Below are positions 1 to 4,871 of a stretch of DNA of 36,351 bases, one piece after another (positions within the stretch are counted from its first letter, which is position 1; every line of letters begins with the position of its first letter). The notes beneath the pieces are model-generated. The model made no database searches. It was not told where the DNA came from and saw only the letters and a list, made by a program, of their open reading frames with translations. The DNA is taken from IMG/VR virus record IMGVR_UViG_3300020409_000041, positions 1 to 36,351 of that record; one strand, given 5' to 3'. Source of the stretch: a virus. Taxonomy: Duplodnaviria; Caudoviricetes. Both the position numbers and the translations under genes were made by a program.

Positions 1-2
1 AG

Positions 3-131
3 GTTCTTGCAAATCAAACAGCAATGAACAATCCAGTAGTTCAAGCAGTACTTAAAGAAATGTCTTTAAGAAACTTTCAACCCCAACCCCAACCATTAGC
101 GGGTACTTGGTACATCTCAGACAGGCACTAA
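3..131 (+). CDS. 3' end of small hypothetical phage protein (5'-truncated by window)
   Basis: Open frame from base 3: VLANQTAMNNPVVQAVLKEMSLRNFQPQPQPLAGTWYISDRH*, TAA at 129-131, next ATG 2 nt later; hand-translated, not in ORF track. Confidence 0.7.
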   Translation, partial: VLANQTAMNNPVVQAVLKEMSLRNFQPQPQPLAGTWYISDRH

Positions 132-133
132 TT

Positions 134-385
134 ATGAATAAGCAACCAATGTACATAAAAGGCGATATTATGTTAATCGCCAAATACAACAAATTTGATG
201 AATCTGTAGAAATCGGAGACTTAAACAACCCCTCTGATGGGTGGGTTACTTATGACCCTACACAGGGTGCGAGCAGTGAAGAGTTAACAGAAATCTGCGA
301 CTCTTTATATGACCGATGCCTATTAGCAGAATTAGGCATTAAAGGGTTCACACCAGCAGGTGAGCAACACTTAATAAAGTCTTAA
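134..385 (+). CDS. small hypothetical early-type protein (~83 aa)
   Basis: ORF track 107..385; ATG at 134 directly follows the upstream stop (ATG at 170 is an alternative); acidic protein. Confidence 0.7.
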   Translation: MNKQPMYIKGDIMLIAKYNKFDESVEIGDLNNPSDGWVTYDPTQGASSEELTEICDSLYDRCLLAELGIKGFTPAGEQHLIKS

Positions 386-448
386 TATTTGGGGGGGTTT
401 ATTTCCCCCCTTTTATGGTACAATTATTGTATAAGTTAATTATTCCTC
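382..448 (+). promoter_or_regulatory. stem-loop plus extended -10 early promoter cassette; the stem-loop may also act as intrinsic terminator
   Basis: G-run 391-397 pairs with C-run 405-410 followed by TTTT (411-414); TG-g-TACAAT at 416-424; no good -35. Confidence 0.6.
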
Positions 449-706
449 ATGACTACTAAAACTCAAAGACTAATCAACCGCATCGAAGAAAAAGAGTCTT
501 TCTACGACATTGCATACATCTGCGAAGATTTCGCTACATTCATTGATGAAATTTCTGAATGGGGTGTTGACCATATCGGAGGAGTTGACTTTGATGACCC
601 CGAAGTTAACAGAGGTATGATGGATGCCTACTTTGCATCATTCGGTTGTACACCTGACGACCCGCACCCCTGTAGCAAGTACGCATTACCAGAGGTCTAC
701 GGGTAA
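449..706 (+). CDS. acidic hypothetical protein (85 aa)
   Basis: ORF track; downstream of promoter cassette; TAATG coupling to next ORF. Confidence 0.8.
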   Translation: MTTKTQRLINRIEEKESFYDIAYICEDFATFIDEISEWGVDHIGGVDFDDPEVNRGMMDAYFASFGCTPDDPHPCSKYALPEVYG

Positions 707-927
707 TGCCACACTTCATTGTAGAAAAAATAGAGTTCGACTTTACGGACTCTATGGGAACAATCACAGAGCAAGAGCAGGAATTTATTACGGACAACGC
801 TCTGGGGTTATGGTGGGTTGAAGAAGAAACCGACTTGGTGGACTACATCACAGACAAAACGGGGTGGTGTATTAGTTCAATTAAATACTGCCCGAACCGA
901 CCACACCCGTTAACCGCATACAAATAA
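706..927 (+). CDS. hypothetical cyanophage protein (73 aa)
   Basis: ORF track; translationally coupled; contains a ITDKTGWCISSIKY segment of a type I recall from small cyanophage early proteins. Confidence 0.8.
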   Translation: MPHFIVEKIEFDFTDSMGTITEQEQEFITDNALGLWWVEEETDLVDYITDKTGWCISSIKYCPNRPHPLTAYK

Positions 928-939
928 CTTTATATTAAT

Positions 940-1022
940 TTAATATTTTAATGGGGTTTCGTGGTTGACATATCCGTAACCCCCATGCTAATATAAGTAT
1001 ATAAATTATTTCCTAATTAATC
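940..1022 (+). promoter_or_regulatory. sigma70-type early promoter embedded in imperfect inverted repeat
   Basis: TTGACA 965-970; TG-c-TAATAT 986-994 (18-nt spacer); flanked by ATGGGGTTTCG (951-961) and CGTAACCCCCAT (975-986); AT-rich upstream element. Confidence 0.75.
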
Positions 1023-1211
1023 ATGTTTAACTTTACTACTTACGCTTTCGGAGACTACAACACATACGGAGAACTATTATTAACTGACTCCAACGTATGG
1101 GATTTTGAATTCCCACTAACTGCTGAAGAATTAGAAGATGCAGTGAATGAGCAAATCTCTGAAGCGGAAGCATACGAAGAAAATAAAATCAGAGACTACT
1201 ACAGTTACTAG
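1023..1211 (+). CDS. acidic hypothetical protein (62 aa)
   Basis: ORF track; directly downstream of strong promoter. Confidence 0.8.
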   Translation: MFNFTTYAFGDYNTYGELLLTDSNVWDFEFPLTAEELEDAVNEQISEAEAYEENKIRDYYSY

Positions 1212-1395
1212 GGGGTACACCCCCACCCTATGGGTGCGTGATCGGCAGGTCGGGGGCGGGTTGCCCCCCTTATATAAAATCGCAAGGTACCATTAATCTA
1301 TAAACGACCCAAATCGACCTCTAAATCTAAAACGCACTTAATTTACACAGAGGGTACAGAAAATTTTTCGTGTGTAAAAATGCCCACAGGGATCA
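1211..1395. other. structured non-coding region: three GC hairpins, short repeats and an inverted repeat; function unknown
   Basis: GGGGGT-AC-ACCCCC 1211-1224; CACCC-TAT-GGGTG 1224-1236; GGGGGC-GGGTT-GCCCCC 1252-1268; TTTACACA 1342-1349 / TGTGTAAA 1371-1378; largest gap without an ORF in the window. Confidence 0.6.
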
Positions 1396-1396
1396 C

Positions 1397-1425
1397 TTGC
1401 AAAAAATACAAAGGTACTATATACT
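1397..1425 (+). promoter_or_regulatory. sigma70-type promoter for AbrB-like gene
   Basis: TTGCAA 1397-1402, 17-nt spacer, TATACT 1420-1425; ATG at 1446. Confidence 0.7.
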
Positions 1426-1445
1426 GGAAGAAGTGAATATCATGA

Positions 1446-1619
1446 ATGAAACACGATTCTAAATCTCAAATCCAACCGATCACAACAGACCCAATTACAG
1501 GAGAGTATAAGTTAACAATACCTGAGTGGATGATTAACGAGTATGGTTGGTATGAGGGAATGAATCTTGAATGGTTTATTGATATCGATGGCATCCACAT
1601 ACTCGAAGAGGAAGAATGA
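1446..1619 (+). CDS. AbrB/MazE/SpoVT-like swapped-hairpin DNA-binding protein (57 aa)
   Basis: Hand-translated MKHDSKSQIQPITTDPITGEYKLTIPEWMINEYGWYEGMNLEWFIDIDGIHILEEEE*; LTIP-x7-GW-x-EG-x2-LEW matches the AbrB/MazE pattern; below ORF-track size cutoff. Confidence 0.7.
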   Translation: MKHDSKSQIQPITTDPITGEYKLTIPEWMINEYGWYEGMNLEWFIDIDGIHILEEEE

Positions 1620-1786
1620 AAACTTATCACATCTATTTGCAGGACAGGTGTTTATTTAAGAATTTGAATGAAGAAGAATTTGATATTGTATGGAATAAAT
1701 TATATACATCATATTGGAAAGAGGAGATAACCTACTCAGTAATTTCGGAAACCCCTACCAAAGTCTTTGAAGAGAGTTCTTATTGA
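1616..1786 (+). CDS. small hypothetical protein (56 aa), apparent paralogue of 2730..2927
   Basis: Hand-translated MKTYHIYLQDRCLFKNLNEEEFDIVWNKLYTSYWKEEITYSVISETPTKVFEESSY*; ATGA overlap with the AbrB-like gene. Confidence 0.75.
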   Translation: MKTYHIYLQDRCLFKNLNEEEFDIVWNKLYTSYWKEEITYSVISETPTKVFEESSY

Positions 1787-1811
1787 CAATATAGATAATT
1801 TGAGTTAGAAT
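1783..1811 (+). promoter_or_regulatory. near-consensus sigma70 promoter
   Basis: TTGACA 1783-1788 (overlaps the upstream TGA stop), 17-nt spacer, TAGAAT 1806-1811; ATG at 1834. Confidence 0.8.
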
Positions 1812-1833
1812 GAAATTGTAATTACAACATATT

Positions 1834-2595
1834 ATGGCGAAAGGATTTACAGTTAAAGCAAAGTCACCAAAGAAGAAGGCAGCAACAGTTCCAGAATTTG
1901 ATTATGTCAAGGCAAAGGAGATGATAAAAGGTAAAACAGTTGTATTCTGTTTACCTGGTCGAGGAGTCTCATATACATTTCTCAAAAGTTTTGTATCATT
2001 ATGTTTTGATTTGGTACAGTCTGGTGCAAGTATCCAAATCAGTCAGGACTATTCATCAATGGTTAATTTTGCCCGATGTAAATGTCTTGGAGCAAATGTT
2101 TTAAGAGGTGCAGATCAGCTACCTTGGGATGGAAAGTTAAAATATGACTATCAACTCTGGATTGATTCTGATATTGTATTCAACGTTGAGAAGTTTTATC
2201 AGATTCTATTGATGGATCAAGATATTGCAGCAGGTTGGTATTGTACAGAAGATGGAAAGACAACATCGGTTGCACATTGGTTAGAAGAAGAGGATTTCCG
2301 CACAAATGGCGGTGTAATGAATCATGAAACAATTGAAAGTATAAGTAAAAGAAAGAAACCATTCACAGTTGATTATACTGGTTTTGGTTGGTTATTAATC
2401 AAGCACGGAGTTTTTGAGCACAAAGGAATGCCTTATCCTTGGTTTGCTCCAAAGATGCAGGTGTTTGAGTCAGGTGAAGTGCAAGACATGTGTGGTGAAG
2501 ATGTTTCATTCTGTCTTGATGCAAAAGAGGCAGGATTCGAGATCTGGTGTGATCCTCGTGTTCGTGTCGGACATGAGAAGACAAGAGTGATATGA
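1834..2595 (+). CDS. conserved cyanophage protein with GT-A (glycosyltransferase family 2-like) features
   Basis: N-terminal strand VVFCLPG, 'NFARCK' helix, DxD motif LWIDSDIVF, TGFGWLLIK, GEDVSFC, and C-terminal 'DPRVRVGH'. Confidence 0.7.
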   Translation: MAKGFTVKAKSPKKKAATVPEFDYVKAKEMIKGKTVVFCLPGRGVSYTFLKSFVSLCFDLVQSGASIQISQDYSSMVNFARCKCLGANVLRGADQLPWDGKLKYDYQLWIDSDIVFNVEKFYQILLMDQDIAAGWYCTEDGKTTSVAHWLEEEDFRTNGGVMNHETIESISKRKKPFTVDYTGFGWLLIKHGVFEHKGMPYPWFAPKMQVFESGEVQDMCGEDVSFCLDAKEAGFEIWCDPRVRVGHEKTRVI

Positions 2596-2669
2596 TGGCA
2601 GTTATTACGATACTTGTGATTATATTCATACTTGTTTTAATGCTACAGTATTATAATCCACATCACTAA
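2592..2669 (+). CDS. putative micro membrane peptide (25 aa)
   Basis: MMAVITILVIIFILVLMLQYYNPHH*; ATGA overlap with upstream gene; single hydrophobic helix. Confidence 0.5.
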   Translation: MMAVITILVIIFILVLMLQYYNPHH

Positions 2670-2670
2670 C

Positions 2671-2760
2671 ATGGGACATGGTTTTACAGTTGTCTTCTGG
2701 ACAGCACTTGGACTTTTCGCTCTTTACCAATGGGAAAACCGCAAGAAGAAAAAAAAGTAG
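2671..2760 (+). CDS. putative micro membrane peptide (29 aa)
   Basis: MGHGFTVVFWTALGLFALYQWENRKKKKK*; starts 1 nt after previous stop; hydrophobic helix followed by basic tail. Confidence 0.5.
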   Translation: MGHGFTVVFWTALGLFALYQWENRKKKKK

Positions 2761-2927
2761 ATCGTTACAACATTCTACGCAAAGGCAAGGTCATTTTCTG
2801 GAATGTATCTGAGTCAGAACTCTTTGACATTATGGAGGATCTTGCAGTTGAGTGTTACTATAATAAGACACTCACATCACAAGACATTACTTATGAACCT
2901 TATATTGAGGAACCACTAAATGGCTAG
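2730..2927 (+). CDS. small hypothetical protein (65 aa)
   Basis: ORF track; aligns by eye with 1616..1786. Confidence 0.75.
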   Translation: MGKPQEEKKVDRYNILRKGKVIFWNVSESELFDIMEDLAVECYYNKTLTSQDITYEPYIEEPLNG

Positions 2928-3066
2928 AAAAACAGGAATTATGGGCACTGCTTATGATACAGAAGCAAGACCCAAAAAAACTCGTCAAGGTCGGGGAAAA
3001 CACTCGAAATATTCAGCGACCTCTCGTAACTCGGCTCGTAAGAGATATCGAGGTCAGGGTAGATGA
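2920..3066 (+). CDS. small highly basic protein ending RYRGQGR (48 aa)
   Basis: Hand-translated MARKTGIMGTAYDTEARPKKTRQGRGKHSKYSATSRNSARKRYRGQGR*; GAGG upstream (2907-2910); ATGA overlap with next gene; this C-terminus is one I recognise from marine T4-like phages near gp25. Confidence 0.8.
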   Translation: MARKTGIMGTAYDTEARPKKTRQGRGKHSKYSATSRNSARKRYRGQGR

Positions 3067-3383
3067 ACGAGATTCAAAGAACAGCAAGTCGAATTCGGAC
3101 TCGATATATTGCTCTTGCTGCTTTGATTACATCTGGAATTACTTTCAGTTCTGGATTAATCGTTTTTTTGTATATGAAGAGTCCAGCTTTTGAGAATCAA
3201 TTGTTAGGGCAGGTCATGAAACATATGGATTGGATTATTGCTGACGAGTTTGAGAAACAAATCAAGCAATTAAAACCAAGACCTGTTCCTGATCCAAATG
3301 ATCCGAATAAATGGTTTTGGGATTATGTTGAAGAAAGAAATAAAAGAATGATTGAAGAACAAACCAATTGGTATAAAGATTAA
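3063..3383 (+). CDS. hypothetical single-pass membrane protein (106 aa)
   Basis: ORF track; hydrophobic segment YIALAALITSGITFSSGLIVFLYM; coupled overlaps at both ends. Confidence 0.75.
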   Translation: MNEIQRTASRIRTRYIALAALITSGITFSSGLIVFLYMKSPAFENQLLGQVMKHMDWIIADEFEKQIKQLKPRPVPDPNDPNKWFWDYVEERNKRMIEEQTNWYKD

Positions 3384-4093
3384 TGTCAACCTTAATTACG
3401 AATCTACCCTCTTATGAGGTATGGGTAAGAAAAGAGTACTTGACCGACCATAAGAGTGGTCATGGTGAATTTGTGAAAGGAGTATGGGTATCTGCAAAGA
3501 GCATACCAGGTCGTGCTTTTTACTTTGAGACTTATCTACCCGAATATGCTGCAATGTTTGATAAGTTGCCAATATCCGCTTTTCTCTCGTCACCTGAGAT
3601 ACCCGATCCTGATATGACTCTTCATAATTTACAGTTTTGGAACTGTATGGACTATGGAGTCATTGCAGTACAGAAGCAATTTATCGGTTCAATGCACTAT
3701 GAAGTGTATACAAGGGACTTTGGGAATCAAACAGGAACTTATATTTGCACTTTAGACAATTATCATGCTGATGTAGATGCTGTTGACTACTCAACAAGTG
3801 AACAACCTGCCGAACATAAGTCACATAATCTATTAGAACTTGATAATGGACAGTTTTGTCTCTATCCAAACAATAGAATGAGAATATATGACAACAGTAT
3901 TACTCCAGAAACACCAAAAGTGCCTGATTTTAAGGTTTCAACAGTGTACTATCAGGTTGAAAACGGTCATGATCGTGATGGATTGGGTTCAGAAGAGAAT
4001 TATTTTTGGAAAACAGCAAAAGAACGTAGTGAAATTGAAGAAAATACAGAAAGAAAACCATTTGATCCAGAAACTGAACCAGAATTAGGATGA
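3383..4093 (+). CDS. conserved marine-phage hypothetical protein (236 aa)
   Basis: ORF track; long coupled ORF with motifs WVRKEYL, LQFWNC, EHKSHN, GQFCLYPNNR. Confidence 0.85.
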   Translation: MSTLITNLPSYEVWVRKEYLTDHKSGHGEFVKGVWVSAKSIPGRAFYFETYLPEYAAMFDKLPISAFLSSPEIPDPDMTLHNLQFWNCMDYGVIAVQKQFIGSMHYEVYTRDFGNQTGTYICTLDNYHADVDAVDYSTSEQPAEHKSHNLLELDNGQFCLYPNNRMRIYDNSITPETPKVPDFKVSTVYYQVENGHDRDGLGSEENYFWKTAKERSEIEENTERKPFDPETEPELG

Positions 4094-4440
4094 AACACGT
4101 AAAAAATGCCCATATGGGCACTCATTTACTCGTTGAAGTGTATAATGTACCCTTTGATAAGTTAAATGATGCAAAAAAAATCGAGCAAGTGTGCGTTGAT
4201 GCTTGTAAAATTGAAGGTGTACAGGTATTAAACGTTCACACACACCAATTTGACCCTTATGGAGTTACTTGCAATCTATCTTTAGGTGAAAGTCACCTTT
4301 CTTGCCATACTTGGCCAGAAAAAAATTGTGTTGCATTTGATATTTTTACTTGTGGATCGAAAAATCCACGTTGTGTTGCCTTTTGGGTGCTTCAATATTT
4401 TGATACTGATGATTATGTAATGAATGATTATGCAAGATAG
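4090..4440 (+). CDS. speD: S-adenosylmethionine decarboxylase proenzyme family (pyruvoyl-dependent)
   Basis: MGTHLLVEVY, HQFDPYGVT, self-cleavage motif LGESHLSCHTWPE, DIFTCG. Confidence 0.92.
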   Translation: MKHVKNAHMGTHLLVEVYNVPFDKLNDAKKIEQVCVDACKIEGVQVLNVHTHQFDPYGVTCNLSLGESHLSCHTWPEKNCVAFDIFTCGSKNPRCVAFWVLQYFDTDDYVMNDYAR

Positions 4441-4442
4441 GG

Positions 4443-4450
4443 TATAAATA
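4443..4450 (+). promoter_or_regulatory. T4-type late promoter
   Basis: TATAAATA exact consensus 18 nt upstream of gp25. Confidence 0.85.
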
Positions 4451-4468
4451 AATCTAAAAGCATTAATA

Positions 4469-4870
4469 ATGGCGATTTTACGCAAATCTAGAGCATTTAA
4501 GGACATCAGTTTATCTTTTTCACCTCATCCAGTGACAAAAGATCTTCCTGTGCTTGTAAATGAGAGAGCAATCTCAAGATCTGTGAGAAATCTCGTTGAA
4601 ACAATACCAACAGAGAGGTTTTTTGAGTCAAATTTAGGTACAGATGTGCGTGATTCTCTCTTTGAGAACTTTTCACGATCAACTGTTATGATTATTGAAG
4701 ATCAGATACGTGAAGTCGTGTCAAATTATGAACCAAGAGTCAATAATGTTGGAATAAAAGTCAATGCACAACCAGATTTAAATAATTTTGAGGTGAGAGT
4801 CTTTTTTGATATTGTTGGATTACCATTTCCAACTCAATCATTCTCCTTTTTATTAGAACCAACGAGATAA
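4469..4870 (+). CDS. gp25: baseplate wedge subunit, gp25-like
   Basis: FKDISLSF..HP, AISRSVRNLV.T...ERFF....G, YEPRV motifs; first gene of baseplate cluster. Confidence 0.93.
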   Translation: MAILRKSRAFKDISLSFSPHPVTKDLPVLVNERAISRSVRNLVETIPTERFFESNLGTDVRDSLFENFSRSTVMIIEDQIREVVSNYEPRVNNVGIKVNAQPDLNNFEVRVFFDIVGLPFPTQSFSFLLEPTR

Positions 4871-4871
4871 T

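Noticed and set aside
107-133. TTG start at 107 for the first complete ORF
   Set aside because: Overlaps the upstream gene; ATG at 134 just after its stop is more plausible
606-821. ORFs 606..797 (-) and 624..821 (+)
   Set aside because: Fully overlap the coupled 449..706 and 706..927 genes; no independent signals
1211-1445. tRNA or CRISPR mini-array in the intergenic region
   Set aside because: No cloverleaf or T-loop GTTCRA motif; recurring GGTAC is only 5 nt with unequal spacing, too short for CRISPR repeats
2954-3193. 79-aa + strand ORF in the track
   Set aside because: Out-of-frame shadow overlapping two better-supported coupled genes (2920..3066 and 3063..3383)
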